The notes under the pieces: model-generated
Told to the model about the DNA's origin: nothing
Seen by the model: the letters and a program-made list of their open reading frames with translations, nothing else
Database searches by the model: none
Position numbers and translations under genes: made by a program
Shown: in pieces, positions 1 to 14,600 of the stretch
Numbering within the stretch: position 1 is the stretch's first letter
Layout: each line of letters opens with the position of its first letter
Assembly (NCBI RefSeq): GCF_964355755.1
Contig: NC_092673.1
Coordinates: 19,155,648 to 19,219,647 of the forward strand
Length of the DNA stretch: 64,000 nucleotides
From: Antedon mediterranea
Lineage: Eukaryota; Animalia; Echinodermata
Reading direction: 5' to 3'

Positions 1-4
1 GTTA

Positions 5-125
5 AGCTTGGTTCTCACTACGACGCACCGCAAGGACGTAAGCCGCAATGCAAGCAAATTAATCATAATAATTAATTGAATAATAAATTTGTTTTTAATT
101 GGTCAATTTGCTTGTGAACCAAGCT
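5..125. mobile_element. Small MITE, PIF/Harbinger-like
   Basis: Termini agcttggttc(t)cac / gtgaaccaagct flanked by TTA on both sides. Confidence 0.55.
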
Positions 126-613
126 TTAAGATGGTGTTGGTTTGACATTTCTGGTGCACCAGCAGACCATACTCTAGAATAGTAACCAACCTATTGTACA
201 GCCACAATATGGGGACAGAAAAAATAGTTCCTGTTTCTGTTTATTGACACTTGGTTTGCTTTAGAAAGACATTGGTTTGGAATCTTCGAAATTGTCGATT
301 ATGTTTAGTTTAACATCTCAATTTGCTCGCCTTTAAACAAGTATAAAGGTTTAACCAAGTTACACTTTCTGGTGATATACATTAGTAGCTTTTTAACATT
401 AGATTTTATTTGATTCTTGTCAGCCCAATTAAATAAAATGTCACTTTAAAACATTACATATCATTTTACTTTGAATACCAAATTACAGTATTGTGTTAAC
501 AAGGACGTTATTGTGCTGGGACCATCAATCATCAAGTTATACTAAAGGAGTGTTCTTCAATTTAAGGCGCATATGACATTATACACATGTGCCACAGTGT
601 TTGGCATCTATGC

Positions 614-753
614 CTACCTATAACCAGGGAGGTGAAAAAATAATAATATTAGCTCCCTGCTATAATCAAGTAAATCAGAAATAAAAAGGTTTTCTGATGC
701 TTTAAATGCCCTAAAAGCCAAACGGTCACTGAGTGGCATGATTGGTGACAAAC
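614..753 (-). CDS. Possible terminal exon (GLSPIMPLSDRLAFRAFK...GYR*)
   Basis: Strong acceptor ctttctttcag in compatible phase, open to TAG at 614-616; no recognisable domain. Confidence 0.3.
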
Positions 754-906
754 CTGAAAGAAAGTATATTCATTTCAAAGTCCAGAGCAACCTGTGGTGT
801 CCTGTTACTATTGTAAAACAGTAATGATATTATATACCTCAAGATTAAATTATGAGATTTTAATTTAGTCAAAATCAGACAGTAGTTTAACCCTTGTCAT
901 ATTTAC

Positions 907-2672
907 CTTGTTCTGATCGATGCTTTCGTTTAATTTTCTTTGGGGATTTTTTATCACCTAAATGTGGATAAATTTGTAATACATTCAATGATACAAACAG
1001 GCCTATGTTTAAAGTAATTATTAATTAATAATTATAAAATCTCTTTTGCAAAAAATACATGTTAAAACAGATATGATAACAGTGTTCTTAAGGCCAATTT
1101 ACACAGACAAGCGGTAACGGTACAGTAAGTGGAAAACCATGTAGCTTGTCCATATAGAATCTGTATCTATCCTGAGTGGAAACCGCCCGTCCGTGTTGTG
1201 TGTAAATGGTCATAAAGAGTATCATAGATTCTATATTTTTTATTACCGTTACCGCTTGTCTGTGTAAATCGGCCTTAAAGCTGATAAAACTATTTATGTG
1301 TCCATAGATTTCCTTTGGGTATTTGTTGAGTTGTGATACAACAATATTGTTTAAATAATTGTGAGCAGTTCATTTTTTTTCATTATTGCCTACAGAACAT
1401 AGTGTTTATGAAATATAATAACATAATTTTTTGGTGATTGAGTAAAGGGTGCCTGAAATTCCTGATTTTAATTTCAAATATCAAAAATGTTTAAAAACGT
1501 AAAATTAACTTTTATATACAGTATTGCTTTTAAAAATAAATTTTAAAATTTGTATCGAATATAATTGAATAAATTAGAATTGTTGTACTGTACTGAAGTA
1601 AATAATTTTTGTTTAAAATAATTTGAGATTCTAATACTGAATAGTTCATAACAGTTTGTGTGTATTGATATATTACTATCTACATCATTACCAAAATAAA
1701 CATAACATACCTGGATTTGAACTTGCTGTCTCACCTTTAACAAAAAAAAAACCAATATTTCAATAAATGCTAGACAAATTACAGATTCTTCCTGGTAACA
1801 CTATAGCTATACTAGTGCAAAAGGATCAATGCTTATTTAAAAACGACAACAACATGAACTTTCAATTGGGAACAGTTAGCATATATATACTTACAAAACA
1901 CTTTCACTGGAGGAATATCATTTGACTCTTGTGAGAGTAAAAAGTTTGCCTTTAGAAGATTTGTTGATGTATTATTTCTGAAAAAATTAAATGTCCTTGA
2001 TGGGCTTTCACTCCATAGGTATTCAGCAGTGATAATCTAAAAATAAGAATATTTTTAGAAAGAAAAAGTACATATTACAGCTCGAAAGCAGAAAAGTATA
2101 AATAGTATGTTACCTAAATTATTGCTATTTTATTGTACTTGGTAGTTTTAGTGGCAATCAATCTTTGATCATACACTCATGAACAAGGTATGGATTCGAA
2201 GATAAGCCGTACAATTTAGACCAGATAGCGAGTTTGTCAAATGTTGCTTACAGAACAGTAGACACTTTGGCAATTGTGGGAAAGAAACAAAGAAAGACCG
2301 TTTTGTTTGTAAAGCAGAATCAAATCAGTCGTAGCTGACTGGATAACTACTGTAGGAGATCAATTGGATATAGCGGGAGATATTTTTCATTTATCTTTTA
2401 AACTACAGTATTAGTTTTACTGCAAGCATCTGTTTAATACATATTCTTGAGCCTCAAAAGCTTATACAAATATTATGATATCACAAATTGTGAAAAAACG
2501 TTTTTAGATTTAATTTAATAAAACAGAATGGACATACTTCTTTTTCATCTTCTACTTGCCATTCTTGGTTTGGAATCGCAACACTGATTCTAATGTCTTT
2601 ATACAAAGAAAGAATATTGTCAGGTGGTTGTAAAAGTTGCTCACCACATTGTTCGTGCTCTTTTTGTATCTT
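907..2672 (-). CDS. Module 2 UPA-like exons (2538-2672, 1895-2036), 24-nt micro-exon (1711-1734) and basic exon (907-957, GDKKSPKKIKRKHRSEQ)
   Basis: The 135- and 142-nt exons have the same lengths and phases as in module 1; canonical borders. Confidence 0.75.
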
Positions 2673-5600
2673 CTGAAATACATAAAATATAAAATAAAAG
2701 CACAAAATGAACTAGGCACTTTATTTTACATTTACACAATTTAAGCACCGAATGTGCCCTTTCTACATAATCACATTGTTCGTGCTCTTTTTGTATCTTC
2801 TGAAATACATAAAATACAAAATAAAAGCACAAAATGAACTAGGCACTTTATTTTACATTTACACAATTTAAGCACCGAATGTTCCCTTTCTACATAATCA
2901 TAACTGAAGCACAAATGTCAGAATGGCAGTGCGATAACAAAATTTCTATGAAGTTATGATTACCATCCATCCATTTTGTCCAGGTAAACATGTCGGTATG
3001 ATGCATTATCAAATGTAGAAAATTGTGGAATGTTTATAATTTAAAAATCTATGAGATTGTTTTTTCTTTTTCAATTGAAGCATTATGCCATTTTAAATTA
3101 ACTTCACAAACTTTGATATTTACTTAAGTTAAAACTGTTATCTACCAATACATCATCTCCAAATATAAATAAAAATACATTATCAATCAGTTGATCTCAC
3201 TTAAAATATATTAAAAAAAAAAAAATTGTCAACTATACTAAAAATATAAAATTATAATCATTTAAATACAAAATAATCCAAAATTAATAATTACCCTTTG
3301 TTTTCCAGGGTTCCAAAGTCTTAATCGAAGTTGATAATTATTTTCAAGGCTCTTTCCAAACACTCCACACTTTAATCTTTTCTTAGCATGAATAAAATTT
3401 CTTACATGACCCTCAAGTGCAAAGAGAGAAAAATGATTTATATTGATACAACATCGACCATTGTTTAAAGTGAAATTAATGTCCTTTTCATCACTTTCTA
3501 ATGCTATTTTTCTCCATTTATCGTGAAAGTGATCTTTAACAAGTAAAGTAAATTCCCAATTCTCTTCATTTACAGCATTGTGTGGAAATGACAGTAAACA
3601 TTGCTTGTTGAAGATGGTGCCTTCTGGTCCACATTTAACAATAGGCGATATTATTGATTCATGAGGTTGAGATATAGGCATGTCTATTTTCTTCAAAACA
3701 TTTTCTAGTGATATGTTAAATTTCTTTCCTTCTTCGATTGCTCCAGGTTGTATCTCCAACTTTATGTCTTCATCTTTAAGATGGAGAGTTTTGCCTTTAG
3801 AGCTCACAATTAACTTCATTTGATCTGCAGAATGAAAATGACATTACTTTTAAGATTTATTGTCCCCAAAAATATAAAAAATGAAGATTAATAAAATCAT
3901 ACTTTGAATATAGGCTAGGCAATCTAGCATTTTGAGTGAAACTAATTGCAATTAAAAAAATGACAGCCTTTAACCTCGACCCCATTTCTCAATGTTTGCA
4001 TAAACAATGTAACTAAAATGTCCCTAGAGACTATGTTTTGCTATCAATGACTCAGATACAGGTTTCCAATAGCCAGCATAGGACAACTTTGTAATTCCTA
4101 AAATCATACCTTTGTCACACACCTCAAAAGTATGCAAAATAGTAGTACAATTGTTAGTACAGAGGTGTGATGCTCAAATTTTGATCTCTTCATCATATGT
4201 GGTCATTTAAAAAAGAAAAATCTTTGTTTGCAATTTGTTTCACTTTGGGCTGTTTTTTTAGCTAGATTCCCTAGCCTAATAGGTCATTATGCAGTTTTAA
4301 TAATGTTATTCACACCCGTAGAAAAAAAAAACCAACACAAATAATAATTGATGATAATATAATACAAAAATATTTTTTTAGGGGACAATACACCTGTAAT
4401 ATTTGTTATAATAGCAATTGCTATAATCCTGTTCATAACAAAAATGTTCAATAGCTAGGCATACTATCATACTTTCACTGATCTCTAGTTTAAAAAGAAC
4501 ACATCTTCATTTTGATACTTTTCACTAAAAATGTCTATTTTTAACAGGCATTTCTTTAAACATGGCACATCTTCACAAATAATGTTGTGAATTAATTGTT
4601 CAGCACAAAATCTATATCATCAAGTTTTATCTTTTCCATCTATTTCAATACAGTGTATGTTTTCAAACTTTTACAGATCTAACTTACTTTATTTCCTTTT
4701 GCAAACACAGAGTAAATACAGTATAGCATACCTGGATTTGAACTTGATGTCTCAAAATCACCTGCAACAAATAAAATATACAATATTTCAACATATTCTA
4801 AGAAACTACAAATTATATATGGTAGGATACATGCTACGCCAAAGCAAGATAACATTTTGATTGCTATTGTAAAGGCAACAATGTACTTTTTTTTATTTTA
4901 TGAATAACAAATAATATTATTATATATTATAAATGTGATATAAATGCTACTTAAATTGTTTGCTGCAGGTTAAACACTTACAAGACACGGTAACTGGAGG
5001 AATATCATATGGCCCTTGTGAGAGTAAAAAGTTTGCTATTAGAAGATTTGTTGATGAATCATTTCTAGTAAAAATAAATGTTTTTGATGGGCTTTTACAC
5101 CATATGTTTTCAGCAAAGATGATCTAAAAAAAAAAGAATAGATATATGTTACAGGTACTGCACTTCTTGGAACAGAACATTTCCAAATAATGTATTTAAC
5201 AGGTATTTCTACATTGGGAAAATATTAATATTTATTACATTTACCTAAACACCATCTCTTTGATAGTAATGTGTAATCAATCAAAAGATTGCTCCAGATA
5301 TTACAATAGGGAAAGGGTTCTTTTACTTTTAGTGGTATGACATTTTAAATTGGATCAAGAAAATAACATCTACTGTAACATCTTAATTTAAGAGACATTA
5401 ACTCGTGAACATGGTAATGGTAATGTCAGCATATAAAAGTATCTAAGTGAGTAGTTAGTATTATCATTTTTACAGTTACAAACTGAACTCATCTAATAGC
5501 ACTATGAGATGAGAGTGCATACCTATACTAACAATTATTATAACTAGATGGTACACTCGCTTAGGTCGTGCCCACAGATGGTTCTCGAATACACAGTAAT

Positions 5601-8600
5601 TTTTTTTTAAATGTACGTACCGCAGGAGTGGACTATAATAGTTATTGTTGTTTACAGAAACGAATAAATAGACACGATAATTTATGTATAGTAACTAAAA
5701 TCAGCACACTGGGAATTACTCCCGAAAGAGAAACTTGTCACAAAATGTACTATGCTATTTCAATCGACTATGACAGTGACCGTTTTAACAAAGTATTAAA
5801 TCGCAAATGTGTTAACTGTACCAAGTGGTATATTATTTATAGGCCTATAAAACATGAAAACGAAACGTGTGTAACATTAGAGTTGAGGGATGGGGAAGAG
5901 GATATGGGCACAAAGAACGAAATATTTTTTCTGACAACTGTCAGTAATAAAGTATATTTGTATATTGTGCGTTTATATATCTAACAGTAGGGCCTACTCA
6001 CACTCACAGTAATACGTTTATTTATACATGTGTTTATATATCTAACGGTACCCACACTAATAGTAAAAAAATTGCGATTCAAATGGCAACCAAAAATGGT
6101 TAATACGTATTTACAGTTTGTTTGTTTGTTTCATTTATTTATTTTCCACACATTTGAACAAAAGGAACAGAAATATGAACTATAAAAAAAGAAAAAAGAA
6201 GACAATGTGTGAAAGGAGATCAAAATACGGTAAGTAAAAATTACTTTAAGCATTGACCACCTGAACAGTTGTCGACATGACAAGAAAACTAATAAATCTA
6301 AAAATGTAATGTCCAAGTATTGCAATACTACAGTATATCTATATAGGTTTTAGGTTAATTCTCTAAGGGCCAATAAATTTATCTACAGCTGGTTATTAAA
6401 TCTATCAAAATAGTATTTTTTAAAGAAAATCGGCCCGTCTTCAACATTATGATGTGTACTCGAGCTGTACAACCAGTTTTCAGCTATTAAAAACAATTAT
6501 CGTAGGAGATAGGAAATGCGAAGCATCCTCGTATTATTGTGTGCTGGTATTTTTCAAGAAAGACATCGATTAGACAGTGTATACCACGATCTGAAAACAC
6601 CACTATTTGTGGGCAAATCGTTGAACCTAAATTCGTTTTAATTGTCAATAACTAATTATCTAACTCAATTTAATTAGTTACATCAGGTTTTTAAAATCAG
6701 TACCAGAAGTACGAACCAACTTTAAATACCATCGAGTAAACATTCTAGAAGTAACACACGATTTACCGAACTTTGCCCTTACGTAAATTTATATAGATTA
6801 TAATGTATAGATTTTCCCCCCCAGAAATTTGATAATAGAATTTTGATTGTTTAATCTTTTCCCATCTACTCTAAACATGTGAAATTGTGATTGGATGAGA
6901 TTATTATCCCTTATTAATTATTATTATTAATAATTATATTTTTGCTGAAATACGTTTTTCTGGTTTTAATTCTCTTATAAATTTTCTCTTCTTTACCATT
7001 ACACATTTATTTTCTCTCCTCCTATTTAAAAAAAAACTACAATGAAATACTACGGTTCATTTTACAGAGCAATTATCAGAAGAACGCAACTGAATGGGTA
7101 GAAAAACCTGAAATAGTGGGGAAGGGGAAAAATGGTATCAACTGCATGCAAACATCTGTTTACTGAATTATTGATTTGTTAATGATTACACATTTTTTTT
7201 TAAACAAAATAAATGATCATACTTCTTTTTCATTCTCTACTTGCCATTCCTGGTTTGGTATCTCAACACTAATTTCCATTGAGTTATACAAGCACAGTAT
7301 ATTTTCAGGTGGTTGTAAAAGCTGCTCGCCAAATTGTAGCTGCTCTTTTTGTATCTTCTAAAATACAATGAAAAACAAACACAAGATGAACCAATCAAAT
7401 GTTATAATTTTTAAATCTAAAAATGTGATTGTTTTCCTTTTATACTTTTCAAAATGTTTTAACCAATTGAAGCCAAGATAAATTATCTTTACAGAGTTAA
7501 CATTGTTATCTACAAAAATAGGTTCTATAAAATACATTATCAACCAGTCAAAAAGTAACAGCAACTTATCTCCCTTTTCCTAGTTAAAAGAATTGTCAAT
7601 ATTTAATATACAAATGAATACTACATTTTGAAATTTAAAAAAAAATCAAAAAAAAAAAAAAAAATCATAATCTGATTCAAGTACATTTCTATAAACAAAT
7701 TACAAATTAATAATTACCCTTTCTTTTCCCGGGTTCCAAAGTCTTAATCGAAGTCGATAATTATTTTCAAGCCTTTTTCCAAATACTCCAAACTTTATTT
7801 TTTTCTTAGCATAACCAAAATTTGTGTTAATTTTACCCTTAAGCGCACAACAAGTGAATGAAATAAATTGTACAAAACATTGACCATTTCTTAAAGTATA
7901 TATCTGATTTTCATCACTTTCCAACAGTATTTGTTTCCATTTATCTTCAATGCGATCTTTAACAAGTAAAGTAAATTCCCAATTCTCTTCATTTACAGCA
8001 TTGTGTGGAAATGACAATAAACAGGGCTTGTTGAAGCTGGTGCCTTCTGGTCCACATTTTACAATAGGTGATATAATTGTTTCATGATGATGACGATATA
8101 CAGGCATTTCTATTTCAATGTTTTCAAGTGATATGTTAACTGACTTCCCTTCTTCAATTGCTCCAGAATATATCTGCAACTTGATGTCCTCCTCCTTAAG
8201 ATGAAGAGTTCCCCCTGTAGAGTCCACAATTAACTCTATTCGATCTGCAGAATGAAACATTACTTTAATTGTGTTTGTTGCAATTGTTATAATCTCCTTC
8301 ATTATACAATTATACTTTCTTCCATCACAAACTTACAATGTTAGCTCTCTTTAGAGTATAACTTCTTAACAAAAATAGTACCAAATCATTTTATTGTCAA
8401 GATTATATTAACAGTACAGTAAGTTAAATACAGCTTATATTGGAACATTAAAAGTACACTAGCAGAAAAATGTATATACAGCAATGTAAGATTGTCTATT
8501 TTCCTCAATTCATTTATTTCAACTTGAATTGCACAGTGTTAGTTCTATTTAATTTTATAACAAAAATAGTTTTTCATGTTTTTAATATTATTGGTTGTGG

Positions 8601-11600
8601 TATCAGTACCATGCCATCTGTTGTAATTAATACATGAACAGTAACTAAAATAATATGTAACCATTTAAAAAGATATTTACGCTATAATGAGTGTGTGGAT
8701 GGGACTCAAACCTCTCTAGACTACTGATCTCAGTGGTCTGGAGGTATATACGCAATGCTAGTAATCTGGAGGTCATGGGTTTGAGTCCAATCTGTGAAAT
8801 ACTTTTAAATTTGTTCGCAAAGTGTTCTCATTGAACTGAGTATACAGTGCAATTACGTCAGAATAAGACAAAACATCTGACCAACTAAATTATTCTCTTA
8901 ATCTTTCAACTCATTGAAAATGTTTTGTGCCAAATTTTGAACCATGAGTGAGAAACTTATAATCATAGCAGTACATCTAAGGACAATTTAAGCTATTGAA
9001 GTTGCACGCAATTATAAGAATTTGTATATTATATAATATATGATAAAATAAACGAATGAAATTCTTACTACAAGTCCACTACTGAAATACCATTTTAAAC
9101 ACAATATGTTACATTGAACCATACAACTCCTTATACGATTCTTAAACTCACCAATCACTGGTTTAAGCTTTGTTTTCTGTTCTTCAACCATTAGTTTCTC
9201 AAAGTGTTCACTAGCAAGACTTGGTAAATCTAAAAAATGTAACATACAAAATCTTTTACACATATTTTTCATAAAAAGAAATATTAAAAGACACAACTTG
9301 GCAAAAATTGTTAATGTTCATAATGCTACCATATAATAATAATTTCTCTATTTTTATACTGGTGTAGGTTACAAAGGCTGGTGAGGCTATGTCTGAATAT
9401 AGCCCGAGTGTCATTATCATATCTTGATCATCATCATGATATCATATTTTTATATATAACCTTTATCTACAATAATAGGCATTGTTACCCTCACTTATCA
9501 TCTAATCAATGAGATTTTATCTATGATTTTTATATAATATATATATATGTCTATTTTAAAAACAAGATATATATGAAATTTGTCTAATTTATATTTACCG
9601 TACTGACGCGGGTATAAGCCCACCCCCCTCAAACATGAAATCACGTCAAGTTTGGGGGGTGGGCTTATACCCGAGGATCCAAAAATGCAGATCGTCAAAA
9701 ACAGCACATGTACACTGTGTATTCCACCATGCGAGCGAACGCCCTCACGTGTACGACGTTGCCTCTAAACACGAGGTGTAGAGTGCCAGAAAATTAAGCT
9801 TATAGTTCGTGTAATTTATCGTAGAATATCTTATTTTAAACATCAATTGAACAAGAATTTATCAAGCAGAAAAGCAAGTATACAATGTTCGTTAAATAGA
9901 AATGTACCAAAGAAATTTAATAAGCTTGTTTATGGCAGCCGATACCAAATAGTGGTTTTCCGTTTTGGCGACTTGTAGCGTATCGTGTGTGAAGCGATCT
10001 TCGACCGCGATGGAGTGTTAACAAAACAGGACCGCTAGGCCTCATATGGCCTAGCGTGCGTATATTAGCCTAGCTTGGTTATGATCAAAAAGGTAGGTGT
10101 ATTCGGTGTATGGACGTCGCCAAATACAAAATAATGTATTACGACACACACTGTAGATCTTCGAATTAATGGGTGGGCTTATACCCGAGTGCCTCATTTT
10201 TCATGAAAATTAGTCAAAAGTCGGGGGTGGGCTTATACCCGAGTATGGGCTTATACCCACGTCAGTATATTTTAACATGGCACCTGTTCACACAATGATG
10301 TAAATTTATATTTTTATTTGTTTCAGCAAAATGTGGAGTGCTGAGGAGGGCCAAAGCAGAGAAAACACTACCACCAGGGAATAAAATTGTTCACTGTCTA
10401 CATTTAACTATGCTATGCTATATTTATTGTTGAAATCATTGTTTTCAGATAGATTTGTGAAACATTTTAATAACTTTCTATATCTATAATCAGCTTTAGA
10501 AATTCAACTACAGTACAACAAAACTACACACTTTATGTTTGTCTTAATAATCAGCATTATATTCTTTGTGTTAAAATATGATACTAATTATTAATGTTAG
10601 AGTAATATCATTCTCATTAACACCAACTTCTTTGTCATTATCATCTTGTTGATATCTTTATTTTAATTTTTATAATTCTTTGTTGTTGTTTGTTGTTTTG
10701 TCTTGTTGAGGGCCCATAATGGTAAATCCGTTTTTAAGAATATTCAAATAAAGAAAGGAGAAAGGACCCAAATGACACATTGATACATTTATAGAGACAA
10801 ATACAATAAAAGTAGTTTCTCCGTTGGTTAAGAGTTGGAAACTTGATAGTATTCCTGTTAATACGTTGTTAAAGATATGATTTTTGTTTTTTTTTTATTG
10901 GTAATCCGCACAGATTGAAAAAAAATGGATCGAATTTCTGTTATGGCTGTACTTGTCTTTACGACGCCTGAGGGAATAGAAACTTGTGGAACAGAGATTG
11001 GAATGTTCCATTTATCGCAGATCAATACATTTGTATAAACGTATATTAAATCTATCAAAATAGTATTTTTTAAAGAAACACTTCAACATTATGATGCTGT
11101 ACTCGAGCTGTTCAACCGGTTTTCAGCTATTAAAAACAATTATTGAGGAGGAGATAGGAAAATGCGAAGCATCCTCGTATTATTGTGTGTGGGTATTTAT
11201 TAAGATTGACATCTATTATACAGTGTATACCACAACCACGAAACACCCCTATTTGGGGCAAATCGTTGAACCTGAATTTGTTTTAATTGTCAATAACTAA
11301 TTATTTAACTCAATTTAATTAGTAAACAGGGTTACATCAGATGGTTAAAATGAGTACCGAAAGTACAAACCAACTTTATATACCATCGAGTATAAATTCT
11401 GGAAATAAACCGCGATTTATCGAATTTTGCCCTTACGTAAATTTATATATAGGTATAGGATCTTGCTAACGCGAATACAATAGCCGGTATCACAATCCGA
11501 TCAAAGATCCCTCTGCATATAATGTCATTAACCACATTGTTACATAATAATAAAGACATTACTTACTTTTTATCTAGATTTCATTTTAAATTATGTGTAT

Positions 11601-14600
11601 AATCTATACACTAAAAAATAAAATTGAACAAACAATATGGATAATAAAAAAAATCTTATTTCGTTTCCCAATGTGAGACTCGATCTCGGTACCTTGAATG
11701 CCATAGACACGAGCACAGACCACCGAGCCATACACAACTGACTAAAAGTTGTAGAAAGATTCCTCCGTGTATTTACTATGCAGCAACCACTTTGGCGCAG
11801 ATAGATTATTACATACCGCAATGAATTATAATTTTTTACTATGATGACATCTTTAAAAATGTTAAAAAATGATGCACTGTCAAACTATATACTTTTAACT
11901 TTAATATATGAACTTTTATTTTGAAAGAAGAAAGTTAAAGTTTGTTATTTCGGCCTAAGAAAATGTCATAATTTTTTGATTGTCGAAATAAATTTTTTTA
12001 AATTTAAAATGCAATTAATGACAACTTTTGTACTCTTAATTTCATAATAAATCATACATGATACATACACTTCAAGAAAATGAAATAAAAAATACGTGTT
12101 CCCGAGATTTCTGACGATCTATATTATTTTTAAAATTTAGCATATTTTCACCATTTTGTTAACTTACACGTGCGTAGCCTGTCACTCTTGACGTGCTCGT
12201 ATAACGCAAATTCGAGTTGAAAAGTGAATAAAATATGATGATATTATTAAAGAAAGGTTGTACGTGCGTGATCGCATGATAATGCATATAACCTAAAAAT
12301 CAACAATCAAGCAAAAATCAAGCAAGCATGCCACATAAATCTGCAAACTATAGCTTCATTCCATTATTACAGTATTTTAAATAGAAACAATCAACTGTTT
12401 GTTTTATTTATGATAATCTCTCCATTTGTTATTTGTTATCAGTTGCACACTTTTCGCCTTTTTACAGTACCGCTCAGAAATGTTTTTTTAATAACATTAG
12501 CGTCTAATTCTCTCTTTACTGAAATCCCATTTTAATCACAATTCTGTTAAATTATAATATAGATACAATCATAAAACATACAGCAGCTCTTATTCTTAAA
12601 CTCACCACTCTCTGGCTTAAGAAGTTTTGTTTTCTGTTTGTCACTTGTATGTTTCTGAAATTGTGTTTGAAATTGCTCATCAACAGTACTTGTTAAATCT
12701 AAAAAAATGCACAAAACAAAAATATGACATATTATATATTTTCATAAAAAACACTATATTAAAAGTCATAGCTTTTTTGTTTCAATGGTATAAGGTTATA
12801 TAAAGGCTCTGTGTGATACAAAGCCTTACAAACACTTGTGGGTGATTGTGTACAAGCAATCATTCATTCTGAATATACTATAATAATAATAATGTATATT
12901 TTTAACTACAATGTATACAGTTAACAACTACAGTTATTAATTATGTCCTAAAAAATGTGTGGAACTCAAACTCATCCAAACATATAGGCGTTATGCAACA
13001 TTTTTTGACAGAGATCCTGAATCTAAATCGTTTCTAGCAACATACGGTTGATTAGGATGGTTTCACTGTCTGTGTAAAGTGAAAATAAAGTAATCCTAAA
13101 ATGAATAACTGGTATGTTATTGACCACCTATCGTAAGTTTTTAATATGCCTTGAACTTTTTAAATGTTTTTATTTATATTCTGTTTTATGACCAGTAACC
13201 AATTTTGTTTTTATATCTGTGTGAAAACACAATAAAGATAACTTGAACTTGAGCCCACCATGGTTTGGGCTGAATTTTGCCAATATAGACCTGGAATTGC
13301 ATTTTTAAAGGCCTACAATAAGGGCACTGTTCTTTATACACTTGGTAGAGCTTGGTTATGCTTTGTGGGACTTGGTGTTTAGAATAACACATGTATGATG
13401 CTTAATTTTACATACAGAAAAATAGTATTCTTAAGCTGGCTTAAAAATGTGTGAAGAAAATTCATTCATTGTGGAAACAAAAAATGGGATTAACAAGAAA
13501 ATGTTTTATTTTTATATTCAATATTTATCGCCTCCTATCGTAAATTGTTTGCCTCGAATGCGAATGTGGGAAGGAGGAGTTTGAATTTGTCTATTGGTTT
13601 TACCCATAGTAAAAAAATTAGTAGATTTAAGTAGACTTAAGTAGAAATAGCTCTATTTTTAGTAGTTTTTTAGTAGACCTTTTTATCTCGCCTAATAAGG
13701 ATTTTAACTCAATGAGTCAACGATGGAACGACTACTTCCCAGCTATAAAATAGATAGTTGATTAATATTTAACTGGCTATTATCAGTTTCTTTATAGTCT
13801 ATTGATAGGTCATTGGTAGTCTTGTATAGCTATAATAAGGAGACAGTAGATAGATAGATATGATACTCATAGATTTCTAATAGCTATCTGGTAGTCCATA
13901 TCTATCTATTGTATAAAATAGATAGCTTATTAACAGTTACTGGCTATTATCAGTTTGTTTATGTCTATTAATAGGTTGCTGGTAGCCCATTGTATAGCTA
14001 TTATAAGTAGACAATAGATAGATGCATACAACTGTGTTACTCACAGATTGAAAATAGTGAAAAATCTATCTAACACTATTAGTGGGGGTTTTGAATTATG
14101 CTAATGAGGTAAAACCTATTAGGAACTATCTAAAATCTACCTAAATCTACTTATTAGTAGGTGTTTAATAGGTAATAGAGCTATATCTATTAAGGGGATA
14201 ACTTTTAAGGCGAATAGATATAGAGATATATCTACTAAGAACTTTTAATTAAGCGCCATCATTTACGGCAGTAACCTGGTACGCACGGCGCGCTGAAAAT
14301 CCGGTGATTCAGCTCCTCGAAGAAGACAAATTATTATTTAAAATGTTTGAAGGAAATTCATCCATTGTGGAAACAAAAACTGGGATTTAACAAGAAAATT
14401 AGATTTTTATATTCAATATTTATCTCCTCCTATCGTAAATTGTTTGCCTTGAATGCGAATACCAATTGTACATAGCATTATATATAAAATACATTACATT
14501 AAAAAAAAAATAATCTACATTTTACATTTATGTGCAATTAATAAAGTTCAAATATTCCTTAACAATGCATATCCCCCGTCCGATTATTGTAACTAGTTTA

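Noticed and set aside
5568-5984. 138-aa plus-strand ORF as a gene
   Set aside because: It lies inside a Helitron-like element in an intron, has a GTG start and has no recognisable motif.
8665-8812. tRNA-derived SINE or tRNA gene
   Set aside because: Degenerate B-box-like words occur in both orientations (gggactcaaacc / gggtttgagtcc). Probably an old palindromic repeat, too decayed to call.
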